Source of the DNA: a virus
Length of the DNA stretch: 64,000 nucleotides
Virus record (IMG/VR): IMGVR_UViG_3300017991_000060
Span: 32,001 to 96,000 of that record
Strand: one strand, 5' to 3'
Shown here: positions 25,638 through 35,500 of the stretch, piece by piece
Layout of the letters: each line of letters starts with the position of its first letter
How positions within the stretch are numbered: position 1 is the first letter of the stretch
Notes under the pieces: model-generated
The model's input: the letters and a program-made list of their open reading frames with translations, nothing else
Database searches by the model: none
What the model was told of the DNA's origin: nothing
Program-made: the position numbers and the translations under genes

Positions 25638-26851
25638 CAATCTATCTCCTCCGCCACCAAGGTCGTCCTCGGGCGGTTCCGGCCGCCCACGGAATGCTGG
25701 TCCGAGGTCTGCCCCCTAGACACACTCGAACCCGTCGGCTCCGCCACGCCAAAGAACGACTCACGACGGAAGCACAAGGCCGTCGTCTTGCACCCGCCCT
25801 GAAAGCCGTTGTGCACCACTTCCAGAACCACGTAGCGGCCGAACACGCCGATGTCTTGGTCCGGCGTACTAACCCCCTGGACCTCAATCATATCGCCTGG
25901 ATGCAACGTGGTGTCGCATATGCTGTCCAAGCGCAGAGAGAAGTACCTCGGACCATGCGCTCCCCACGCCGCGCGGACGCGCTCCTCAACACCGGCCTCG
26001 GACTCAGAGGTGGTAGGAATAACGCGGAGGCCATCGTCCGGGTCGCGCGCCAAGCGGCTCCCGAGAGCTGGTTGCGAGCTGGCGGCCTGGGCTCCCATCT
26101 CGAACACGGCAGGGGAACCGGCGTCAAGATCGAACCCAACACCAGTCAAGGTCGCACCGCCGCCGCGGTCGATAGATCGGCCGTTGTACGAGAGCAACAT
26201 CCGGTCCAGTCTGGAGTCTCCGATGCTCAGCCGGTACTGGCGCACCGACGACGCTCCGAGGTTCGGAGGCCCGTACCGGAGAACATCGTCGTCGAGCCAA
26301 AGGTAGGTGTCCGCACGGCCGGACTCGGCAGCCGACTCCGCCGCAAGATAGCGCGCATAGTCCCAGTCGGACTGCCGGAGCTGCCAACGGTCGCGCGTCC
26401 TAGCGGTACCAGTGATGTCGTGTTGAAGCCCGTACTCCACGGCGATGCGCCGTAAGACACTGGAGATAGACGTTGCGGGCCACGCCCGAGTCCTGGCTCT
26501 CTGGAGCATCTCCAACCGCTTGTCACCACCGTACACCCTGGCCGACATACCATTTCCGTCGAAGCCCATCCTAGAGTTGTCGAAGTAGACCCTCCGCCAT
26601 TCCTCAGGCGCGTCGTAGTTCGCGCCGCTGAGTCGGAGCCGCATGTAACGAACGGGCTCCTCGTCGCGGCCGACCAGAAAGTCCTTCCACTCCGCCCAGT
26701 TGTCAGCACTGAACTCGATCATCCAGTACCACCCGCCGCGCAACGCACTTTCGATCCAAGTGTACGCGTTCAAGTGCTGCGTGATGTCGTCTGCCACCTC
26801 CTCGGTCTTCAGCTCGAACGATACTTGCAGGCTGGTGTCGGCTTCTGGCAT
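25637..26851 (-). CDS. Baseplate hub (gp27 / late control D-like)
   Basis: SISSVLRRIAVEYGL, RWQLRQSDWDYARYLA, LHPGDMIEVQG..GRYVVLEVVH. Confidence 0.82.
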   Translation of the reverse strand: MPEADTSLQVSFELKTEEVADDITQHLNAYTWIESALRGGWYWMIEFSADNWAEWKDFLVGRDEEPVRYMRLRLSGANYDAPEEWRRVYFDNSRMGFDGNGMSARVYGGDKRLEMLQRARTRAWPATSISSVLRRIAVEYGLQHDITGTARTRDRWQLRQSDWDYARYLAAESAAESGRADTYLWLDDDVLRYGPPNLGASSVRQYRLSIGDSRLDRMLLSYNGRSIDRGGGATLTGVGFDLDAGSPAVFEMGAQAASSQPALGSRLARDPDDGLRVIPTTSESEAGVEERVRAAWGAHGPRYFSLRLDSICDTTLHPGDMIEVQGVSTPDQDIGVFGRYVVLEVVHNGFQGGCKTTALCFRRESFFGVAEPTGSSVSRGQTSDQHSVGGRNRPRTTLVAEEID

Positions 26852-27199
26852 TTACGTCACCTCGCCGCGCTTCGCAGCGCGGAGCAGAGCGGCCGACACA
26901 TGTACCGGCTTCGGGACCTTCAGGCGCAGACCCGGCACCACCTGTTCCAGCGGGAAGTAGATTTGGTTCGCGTTGGCGATCACCCACCAGAGGGCGTGGT
27001 TCCCCTCACCGTAAGCACGGCGCGCGAAGAGTTCGAGTTGCCCTTCCTCCCCCTCCTGGACGACGTACTCCTCCTCATCTCCGTCCATCTGGATGCTCAT
27101 GTTGTCCCAGACGCCAAAGAAGCTCTTGCCGCCCTTCACGAAGAGGCGCGTGGCCTTCAAGCGCGATGTGAACGGTAGGTCCAGCTCGAACCGTGCCAT
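26852..27199 (-). CDS. LysM/Tail-X-like baseplate protein
   Basis: YVVQEGE...LELFARRAYG..LWWVIANAN...PGLRLKVP. Confidence 0.82.
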   Translation of the reverse strand: MARFELDLPFTSRLKATRLFVKGGKSFFGVWDNMSIQMDGDEEEYVVQEGEEGQLELFARRAYGEGNHALWWVIANANQIYFPLEQVVPGLRLKVPKPVHVSAALLRAAKRGEVT

Positions 27200-28083
27200 C
27201 ACCGAACTCTCCCCAGGAGACGGGAAGCGGTGCGCGTGTTGATGGTGTTGAACCTCTCATTCGCGATGCGCCGCTCCATCGCACGGGTTGACGGACCCTT
27301 CCCAATGCTACCCTGCTCGGACGCCTCCAAGCTAGCCAGGTACTTAGAGTCCGCACCGGCGTTGTTGCCGTGGTAACGGATGTATTCCCAGTTCGGCACC
27401 CTCCTGAGAAGCGGCTTCATCTGAAGCCTGACTGTGGCCCCGTAGGGACGGCCTGATATCGGGTGCCACGGCGGCTCCCACGTCACCGCGATGTTGGTGA
27501 TGTACCCGCGGATGATCTTCCACGAGCCGATCACGAGGAGCACCATCGGGGGGTCACGCCGCTTCGCGTTCTGCCACCTACGCCTCATACCCCTGCTGGT
27601 TGCTGCCGTCGGGATGTTGAGCGTCCTGAACTGCTGCCATGCGTCCGGCCGCTCCAGGCGGAACCCGAGCGCCATGCACCAGTTCACCTTGCGCTCCATC
27701 GCGATGAGTGCCTCGTTCAAGGTGTAGGGCCACATGGCATTCGGGTCTGACATCCGGCCGCCATCACCCGTCTTGATGCCAGTGCGGAACTTCAGGACGA
27801 GGTTGATGTCGCCCCAGCTCCCACCCTTGTAGTTCACATGCGTCGGTTGTGGTGCGACGTTGCCGCCGTGCTCCTGGTACGCCGCCAACGAGTAGGACTC
27901 CTCCATGTTCTCGTGGAACGGGAAGGCGTCGAACACGAGGCGCGAGTCGCCCGGCACCGGAGCGTACTCCAGGACCAGCGCGCACATCGTCGTATTGCTC
28001 CACGTCGCGTTCGGCGCGAGGCGCGCAACGTGCGGGGATTGCCAGGGCTGAGTCTCCTCCCGTCTTGCCGCGTCGTCTACCAT
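27199..28083 (-). CDS. Tail tube initiator (CIS tube-like / gp48-54-like)
   Basis: DPPMVLLVIGSW...GYITNIAVTWE..GRPYGATVRLQMK. Lies between tape measure and the LysM protein. Confidence 0.72.
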   Translation of the reverse strand: MVDDAARREETQPWQSPHVARLAPNATWSNTTMCALVLEYAPVPGDSRLVFDAFPFHENMEESYSLAAYQEHGGNVAPQPTHVNYKGGSWGDINLVLKFRTGIKTGDGGRMSDPNAMWPYTLNEALIAMERKVNWCMALGFRLERPDAWQQFRTLNIPTAATSRGMRRRWQNAKRRDPPMVLLVIGSWKIIRGYITNIAVTWEPPWHPISGRPYGATVRLQMKPLLRRVPNWEYIRYHGNNAGADSKYLASLEASEQGSIGKGPSTRAMERRIANERFNTINTRTASRLLGRVR

Positions 28084-30515
28084 ACGAAGCCTCCAGCGCC
28101 CACGGCGTCGTTCAGGTCAGCGTAGCGGTCCGTCCCGCCATCCGGCTTGGGCGGCGTTGCGTCCAGGACACGAAGCGGGTTCTGGAGGACCTCCAGAATG
28201 CGGTTCGCGGTCGCTACGAGCTCGTCCACCCCCTCCAGGGACATGCGGTCCATCACCGGAGACACGAACGTCCGCACGGCCTCCGCCGTGAGCGGGACCA
28301 CGGCCTCGGGTACGCCCGCCTCCGCGATGGCCGCGGTAGTCTCATCGGTGACGACACCACCAGCCGCCAGCTCCGGGATATGGTACTCTGCGCCCCAGAG
28401 GATGTTGCTGATGGTGCCGCCCGGAATCACCGGCGGGTCCCATTCCAGGATGTCGTTCGCGAGGTCGATGACCCAGTAGTTGATGAGCCCCTTCATCGCT
28501 TCGATGGGAGCCTGTAGCGCGCTGAGGATGGTGTTGACGATGCCCTCGGCGGCCTCCCCAATACTGTCGAGGCCCAAGAAGTTGTAGATCGCCTCGCCAA
28601 TGCCAGCGATCCACAGGAGGAAGTCCTGGCCCTTCCGAACGATCCAATCGAAGAACCCAGCAATCGCGTTCGGGATGATGCTCACGAAGAAGTTGATGAC
28701 CCCATCCACCGCGCCGTCGATCCAGTCTATGAGCTTGTTCAGCGTCTTCACGATGAGGCCGGGGTTCGGGGAGAAGATGCTCTTGAAAGACTCCCAGATG
28801 CCAGTAAACAGCCCAATAACCATGTCGTAGGCCGATTCGAACGGCTTCACAAACGTCTCGTACAGCTTCTTCCCACCGATCTCCAGGGCCTCAAAGAACA
28901 ACGTCACCTTGTCGGCCAGCCACACGATAGCCTCGATGATCGGCTTCAGGATGGGCAGCACCGCACGCAGTAGGCCAATGGCGATCTTCAGGACGATCTT
29001 GATGAAGGGCGCGAGCGCCTTGATGATCGCCTTGTTGATCTCCGCGAACGCCTTCACCAGCGGCATCAGGATCGGGAGGAGCTCGCCCAGGAGCCCCACC
29101 AGGTCCGGCATGATCTCCTGGATGATGTCCGCGAACACTTCCACCCGCGTTAGGAACAGGTCCACGAAAATCTCTACGAGCTGCATCACGATGGGGAGGA
29201 GCGTCTCCACCAGGTCCATCACGATAGGGAGGATCTTCTCGACGATGGGCAATAGGGTGGCAAACACCTTCTGCACGAGCGGCACCATACTCCCGATGGC
29301 GTCTATGATCGGACCAAGGATTCCGCCAGCGCCCTCCAGGGCGTCCTGTAACGGATCGGCCACAAGCATCACCACCTCCTCGATCATCTCGACGAGGGGA
29401 AACATGATGCGCTCGATCACCGGGGCCATGTTGTCGAAGATCGTAGAGAGCTGCGAAGCGATGGGGGCGAACACGTTCTCCAAGACGCCGCCCATGATCT
29501 CGAACGCCGGTTGTAGCGTCCGCGTGAAGATGTCGATGAGCGGCTGAAGAAGCGTGAGGAGCGGGCCGATGGGTCCCAAGAGGAACGCCGTCAAGCCACC
29601 CTTCCCAAAGGACGCGCCCAGGCCCTTCATCAACCCAGCCCCGAACTTCGCGCCCATGAAGTTCGAGTTCTCCAGGGAGCGGGCCAAGGAATCGAAGGTG
29701 GCGCTCGCTTTCCCTACACCGGCCTTCAGAAGATCCGCCCCCTTCGTGACGGAGCTGAATCCCTTGCTGAGGATGGAGAACGCGGACTGCGCCACCTTGA
29801 TGGTGTTGGGGAACTCCTCCTCCGCGATCTGCGTGATGGCCTTGCCGAAGTCCGCACCGATGTTCTTCACGGCCATGAGGTTGTGCTGTAGGGCTCCGAG
29901 CGGGCCGCCGCCCTCACGGTTGAGCCCGATCATCCCCTTCGCCGCCTCGAACACCGTGTCGCGGAAGCTCGCCATCTTGTCCGGCATGGTGCCGAGCACG
30001 GAATCGAACTTGGAGAACCCATCGAATGCGGAACCGAGGAGCGGGGTCGCCTTGATGAGATCGCGTAGGGCCTCGACCATCGCCGTGAGGTTCTCGGCCG
30101 GTTCCTCCGGTACCTCGACCTCCGGCATCTCGACTTCGCCGAGGAGGTCCTCCAATGCGGCGGCCTCCACGTCATCCTTGAAGCCGAGGGCGGCCTCCCC
30201 GAGCGACTGAAGGTGATCCATGAACGGCGTGGCGTCGGGTTCCTCGAACACCTCGTCGAGCATCCCCACGTCGTCTCCGAAGCTATCCAGATAATCCTGA
30301 ACGTCGAGCATCGCCGTGGTGGTCGAGGTCGCCGCGGAGGCGGCGGCTTCCCCGGCCTGGGCCGTCACCTCCTCGACGGTCCCGGCGATGTCTCCAATGT
30401 GCTCCTGCATAACGGGTACGGCGTCATCGAGCACGGCCTGGGCGCGCTCGATGTTCGGGGTGGCGAGGTCCTCGGCGGAGAAGATGAACGCGAACTCTTG
30501 CGTGATGTCGGCCAT
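28077..30515 (-). CDS. Tape measure protein (812 aa)
   Basis: Long helical protein with periodic P/I/L/F repeats and a C-terminal IPELAAGGVV...IAEAG.PEAVVPL motif. Canonical position. Confidence 0.88.
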   Translation of the reverse strand: MADITQEFAFIFSAEDLATPNIERAQAVLDDAVPVMQEHIGDIAGTVEEVTAQAGEAAASAATSTTTAMLDVQDYLDSFGDDVGMLDEVFEEPDATPFMDHLQSLGEAALGFKDDVEAAALEDLLGEVEMPEVEVPEEPAENLTAMVEALRDLIKATPLLGSAFDGFSKFDSVLGTMPDKMASFRDTVFEAAKGMIGLNREGGGPLGALQHNLMAVKNIGADFGKAITQIAEEEFPNTIKVAQSAFSILSKGFSSVTKGADLLKAGVGKASATFDSLARSLENSNFMGAKFGAGLMKGLGASFGKGGLTAFLLGPIGPLLTLLQPLIDIFTRTLQPAFEIMGGVLENVFAPIASQLSTIFDNMAPVIERIMFPLVEMIEEVVMLVADPLQDALEGAGGILGPIIDAIGSMVPLVQKVFATLLPIVEKILPIVMDLVETLLPIVMQLVEIFVDLFLTRVEVFADIIQEIMPDLVGLLGELLPILMPLVKAFAEINKAIIKALAPFIKIVLKIAIGLLRAVLPILKPIIEAIVWLADKVTLFFEALEIGGKKLYETFVKPFESAYDMVIGLFTGIWESFKSIFSPNPGLIVKTLNKLIDWIDGAVDGVINFFVSIIPNAIAGFFDWIVRKGQDFLLWIAGIGEAIYNFLGLDSIGEAAEGIVNTILSALQAPIEAMKGLINYWVIDLANDILEWDPPVIPGGTISNILWGAEYHIPELAAGGVVTDETTAAIAEAGVPEAVVPLTAEAVRTFVSPVMDRMSLEGVDELVATANRILEVLQNPLRVLDATPPKPDGGTDRYADLNDAVGAGGFVW

Positions 30516-30518
30516 TTC

Positions 30519-30800
30519 CTACACCCCAAGGAACCTAGAAACCAACACCTGAACAAGCCCGGCCAACTTGCCCTTGCTGTCCTGGCCTCCGGCGATCAAC
30601 TTCAACTGCTCTTGCAGGTCCCGATGGTGGCGGTACAGGAGATCCTGCCGCTGCCACTTCGTCAGGCGGCCCCACTCCTCCGGGGAGATGCCGACTTTCG
30701 AAACGAGACGCCACCTCTCTTCGTAGAGGACCTCGATTCGGGAGCGGCCGTCAGCTCCTTTTGGAACGAGGAGGTCTACGGCGAAACATAGCCCCATCAA
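30519..30800 (-). CDS. Tail assembly chaperone, downstream segment (T4 gp51-like / GT-like)
   Basis: ISPEEWGRLTKWQRQDLL, immediately before the tape measure gene. Overlaps the upstream chaperone in the +1 frame and has a weak independent start. Confidence 0.55.
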   Translation of the reverse strand: MMGLCFAVDLLVPKGADGRSRIEVLYEERWRLVSKVGISPEEWGRLTKWQRQDLLYRHHRDLQEQLKLIAGGQDSKGKLAGLVQVLVSRFLGV

Positions 30801-31938
30801 GGGGCAACCTCACCTTGAACGAAGCCCCGCAAGGACACCGGAAGCGCGGCCTCGTGTCGTAGCCCCAGCTCCGCAAGCCAGTGTGGTCGCGGAAGCCGGA
30901 AAGGGTTTGCGTCGCGGAGCCCTGGACCCACCGCATCGCCTCCAGGCGGCTCACCCGCCGCCCGTTGATGGCGACGATCTGTAGCGCCAAGAGGAACGAG
31001 TGCATCGGATTCCCCTCGTCGGTGTTCGCGTCTCCGAGGCGCGCCGCGAAGTCCTCGGCCGTCTCCACGTCGGCCACCCGCGGGAGCCTCCAGGTGATGA
31101 CCTCGTTGGTGATGGGGAGGGGGTCCGTCTCGAACGGTTCCTCCATCTGCGACGGGGAGAGCCTGAACTCCTCGACGCCCTTGGCGGCATCCTCCTCGCG
31201 CTCCATCTCACGGAGGATGGCCTCCACATCGGCCGCCTCCTCGTCCTCCGGGACAGGCGGCCAGTTCACGTCCTCAGCCTCCCCGGCGAAGCGGAGAACC
31301 CTACACGGGAGCTCCGCCATCGGGAACGTCACCAGGAAGGGCTTGCACTTCCCGTGCTTCGGGCGGAGGCCGATGATGTCCGAGCCGTTACAGTACGAGA
31401 GCCAGTTGAGGACCAGGGCCACCCAGTCGAAGAGGACCAGCTCCTCGTAGGGGATCGGCCCAGTGTCCACGCAGTCGCGCATGATCTTGCGGAGCATAGC
31501 GACGCTAGCCTCGGGGCTGTCCGCCGCCCCGGCCATGACGTTCTCCTGGGCTCCGCGCGTAGGCACCATGAGGATCGTCTTGTGGTGCCCGTACTGCCCG
31601 TAGCACACGCCGCCGCTGGGGAGGTCGTAGGGCCTCGCCAGCGGGTCCCGGGCCACCGTGTTGCCGGAGGTGGCCTGGGCCGCCCCGCGGCCCTTGCCGG
31701 AGCTCTGGGGCGGCTGCATAGGGTTGGGAATGCCGAGTTCTCCCGGCGGTGCGTTGAGGGGAGCGCCCCCGAGGTGGGGAGGACCCCCGCCCGCCATTTC
31801 GGTGCCGGGCGGGGGCGTCCACAGCCCCTCACCTTCCGCTGCCTGCGATGGAGTCTGCCTGGGGGTCCGCATGGCCTTCAGGGCCTCCGCCGCGATGGGA
31901 GTCGTGCGTTCCCTGGGGGTGTCCGCCTCACCCGCCAT
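30751..31938 (-). CDS. Tail/baseplate assembly chaperone (T4 gp26-like)
   Basis: YDLPSGG..Y, PTRGAQENVM, IPYEELVLFDWVALV, WRLPRVAD, FRCPCG. Between tube and tape measure. Confidence 0.75.
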   Translation of the reverse strand: MAGEADTPRERTTPIAAEALKAMRTPRQTPSQAAEGEGLWTPPPGTEMAGGGPPHLGGAPLNAPPGELGIPNPMQPPQSSGKGRGAAQATSGNTVARDPLARPYDLPSGGVCYGQYGHHKTILMVPTRGAQENVMAGAADSPEASVAMLRKIMRDCVDTGPIPYEELVLFDWVALVLNWLSYCNGSDIIGLRPKHGKCKPFLVTFPMAELPCRVLRFAGEAEDVNWPPVPEDEEAADVEAILREMEREEDAAKGVEEFRLSPSQMEEPFETDPLPITNEVITWRLPRVADVETAEDFAARLGDANTDEGNPMHSFLLALQIVAINGRRVSRLEAMRWVQGSATQTLSGFRDHTGLRSWGYDTRPRFRCPCGASFKVRLPLDGAMFRRRPPRSKRS

Positions 31939-31956
31939 CAATCACCTCTCTCTGGT

Positions 31957-32523
31957 CTACGCGCCCCTGGGCGCTGCTTGGTTGAAGACGCTGGACTTCG
32001 GAATGCACCGATCCACCGAAAGCGTCACCGACATCTCCATGACCTCGCCGCTACCGTAGGTCACTTGGATATCGGGGAGCTTCGTGGGCCAGATGCCCTC
32101 CAGGTCCCACTCCCGCTCGGCCGTGCCGTGCGTCTGGAACAGCACGAGCGAGCCCGTGGTCTTGACGGCCCCCATGGGGAGCATGAGCCCGGTGCCCTCG
32201 TCGTAGACCAGGGAGAACCACCGTTGGAAGAACCCGCGGACGTTCGTGTGGGGGAAGTCGCGGAAGGTCACGCTGAGCTCTCCCAGGGCCTCGGGAGCGG
32301 TCGCGTAGTGGACGCGGCCGTTGAGGTACTCCAAGGTCGCCTTCCCAACCGCGCGGCCGGGCACCGTGAACTCCTTCAGGGCGAGGATGAACGCACCCTT
32401 CGCGCCCGGCACGAGCCGATCCACGTTGAGTTCGAGCATCCCCATGTTCTGGTGCTGGACATCCCACGCGCCCTGGGCTTGCGCGAGGTGATCCCCAGCG
32501 TACCTGTAACCGGAAATCGGCAT
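31957..32523 (-). CDS. Tail tube protein (gp19-like)
   Basis: LEYLNGRVHYA...LSVTFRD...WDLEGIWPT...MEMSVTLSVD. Directly after the sheath. Confidence 0.9.
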   Translation of the reverse strand: MPISGYRYAGDHLAQAQGAWDVQHQNMGMLELNVDRLVPGAKGAFILALKEFTVPGRAVGKATLEYLNGRVHYATAPEALGELSVTFRDFPHTNVRGFFQRWFSLVYDEGTGLMLPMGAVKTTGSLVLFQTHGTAEREWDLEGIWPTKLPDIQVTYGSGEVMEMSVTLSVDRCIPKSSVFNQAAPRGA

Positions 32524-32562
32524 CCTACCTACCTCCTATCTGGGGTTGGCGGAGGGCAGCGC

Positions 32563-35500
32563 CTAGCTGCCCGCCGCGAGCACCTCCGCGAAGTCCGCGC
32601 CCGTGGGCGTCAGAATCAGGTCGTAGTTGATGAACTCCGCCGCCCTCACCGGCTTGATGAAGAGCTTGGCGTTGACGGTGAGCTGATCCACATCCGTCGG
32701 GGTGGTCGTCGAAGCGTCCACGACGATGTAGGCGTCGGTCAGCCCGCGCTGCGAAATGAGCGGCTTCAAGATGTCGTTCAGGGTCGTCGCGATCTCGCGC
32801 CACAGGATGGCGTCGTTGATCTCGAACGGGAACTCCTGACTCGCGGCGTCGAGCAGGTTCATGATGACGTTGACGGTCCACATCACGTTGATGCGGTCCG
32901 TCGCGCTCGGGGTGCGCTTCGCCGTCTGCTGTCCGTAGAGCACGAGCCCGCGGCCTTCCTTGCGGACGATGGGGTTGCAGATGTGAACCGTCGTTCCCAC
33001 AAGGCCCTGGAGGAAGTCCCGGTCCTCCCTGGAGACGCTGTAGCGAACCGCCGTGGCCGACACCCGCCCGCGCCGGAACCCGGCGATGGGGAACCACGCC
33101 TCGGGCGTGAGGGAGAGGAGCCTCGCCATCTCGCCGTCGGGCGGCTCCCAGGTGTTCTGGGCGGTGTACTGGTCGTAGTTCTCCAGCCACGGCATGATCG
33201 ACGCGAGGTACGGCGTGTCGATGGCCGAGAGCGGCGGGTACGGCACGAGGACCGTGGGGCGCGCGATCCCGCCGACGGAGGCGGAGTTGAAGTTGCCGTT
33301 GTAGAAGTCGTCGTGGTCCGAGGGTTCCGTCGCGTCGGGGATCGGGATGATGCCCATCGCCCGGCGGCCGGGGCGCTCGCAGAGCTGCTGCATCCCCTGG
33401 ATCACCTGACGGTGCCACTGGCCGGGGCACATGATCCAGTTGAGTGGCACCACGTCCTCGTTGCGGAACATCTGCATTCCGGTCGTCACCTGGCCGACCT
33501 TCGTGCCCACGATGTCCGCGATGGTGAACGCGCCGCCCATGGCGAGGACCTGGGAGCTGCCCCCGAGCACGGCCGGGGTGAGCGCGCCGGTGTAGCCCGT
33601 CGCCTCGGCCCGCACGAGGTCGCTCCCGTTGAGCTCGTCGTTCACCTTCGCGATGAGCTCGTCGAGGTCGGTGGCCTGCCCGAAGGACTCCTCCGTCCCG
33701 GTGTCGAAGAGGACCCGGAGACGTAGGGTACCGGCAAGGGACGGGTCCTCATCGATCTCGGCCCGGAAGCCCTCTGCCACCGTGCTCCTCTCGTTCCCGA
33801 TGTCGCCGGGGTAGCGCGCCGTCAGGTGGAGGACCACCTGGGAGGCCGCCACGAACACCGCCTCGTCGGGGAGCGGGGCCGAGGTCCACTTGATGGACGC
33901 CCCGCCGTCGCGGAAGTCGAGGGAGTTCTCGGGGTCCGTCGAGAGCGCGACGTTCTGGCTCCAGAAGTCGGCATCCGCCGAAGCCCCGAGGTCCGCGAAC
34001 GTCACCTGGGGATCGCCCGCACCGGCGTTCGCCGCCTGGGCTCCCTGGAACCCGACGATGCCGTCCTCGGCGCGCCTGTAGGGCGCGTGGGAGAGCTCGC
34101 CGGTGAACACCACCTCGATGCCGTCGCCCCACCCGAGGATGTCCGCAGGGAGGTACACGGCTTCGATGGCGAGGTTGTCCGCCACGTCGAACTGCCGGTC
34201 GCCGGACTCCACGAGATCGAGCTCGAAGGCGAAGGCTCCTATGGTGTGGTCGAGCCAACACGTCCCGTTGTAGTCGTTCGCCGCGGCCGGTGCGTCGAGG
34301 TTCATCCCGGCCGTGTCCGGCGTCGTGTCCGCGCGGAACAGCGGGCCGGTGCCGCGGAGAGCGCGGCGGGCCTTGTCCCACGGGGTGGTCGTGGACGTGA
34401 CCTTGATGGTGGCCGCCGCCGTGATCGCCCCGGAGGCCGTGATCGACCAGGCCCCGGTGGTGTAGTCGATGGCACCGCCAGCCGCCGCGGCGGCCCTGGG
34501 GTCGCCTCTCGGCCGATCGAGCCAACCGCCCACACCATCGTCGTAGTAGGTTTCGGGGGAGCCGCCCACGTCCGAGATCACAAGGACCGCGGAGCCGGGG
34601 GAGATCGGGCCGATGAGGCGCTGCGCGCCGGGGTCGGTGTCGGTCGCGTTGGCGTCGCCGCCAGCATCCGAGGGCTGCACCACCTCGTCGATGGAGGCCA
34701 CCCCGTTCTCACCGGCGACCGCGCCGCCGCCCATGTCAATGACCTGGATATCGTACTCCGCCGTGAGGTCGGCTCCGGTGAGCGCCGGGAAGCTGACGCC
34801 GCCCACGGGGTCCCAGGTGGTGACGGCCCACTGGCCGGTGCGGTAGTCGATGGTCCCGGTGACGGGCACACCCGTCCCGTCCGGGCCGGTGCGCCAACCG
34901 CCGAACCCGTCGTCGTAGACCGGCGGGGGAACGGGGTCCGTGGGGTGGGTCGGGGTGAGCACCACCGTGCCGGGAACGATCCAGCCGCCCAGGGTGGTGA
35001 GGTCGGGGTTGGCGGAGGCCGCGCCCGCTACCGCCGTGGGCACCTTGCCGATGACGTGCTCCATCGGGACGGTGATGACCACCTTGTTCGCGTTGAAGAA
35101 TCCTGGGGCGAGCGAGACTTGGCTCAGGTTCCCGGCATAGGCACCTTGACCCGCGGCCGTCGTGCCGACGCTCTCCTGGGCACCGCGCACCCAAATGGCG
35201 TCGATGGAGCCGCCGCCGAAGAGGGTGGCCGCGGAGAGGAGCACTCCCCAGTTCCCCGTGCGGTAGTCGATGAACCCGACGTGCGCCCCCGCGGACGGTT
35301 CGAGGATGCCGACGCCCGCGCCACCGGGGCCGTACGAGAGGTCACCGGAGTCGGAGAGCTCGGTGTAGGTGGCCGCGCCCGTCTCGCACCGGATGGTGAA
35401 GGTGCCGGGCACCACGGCCATGCCGACGGAGCCGCGGACCTCGGCCAGCCCGGAGAGGGTCCCGTCGATGGTGAGGAGGTTCTCCCAGACGCGATTCGCC

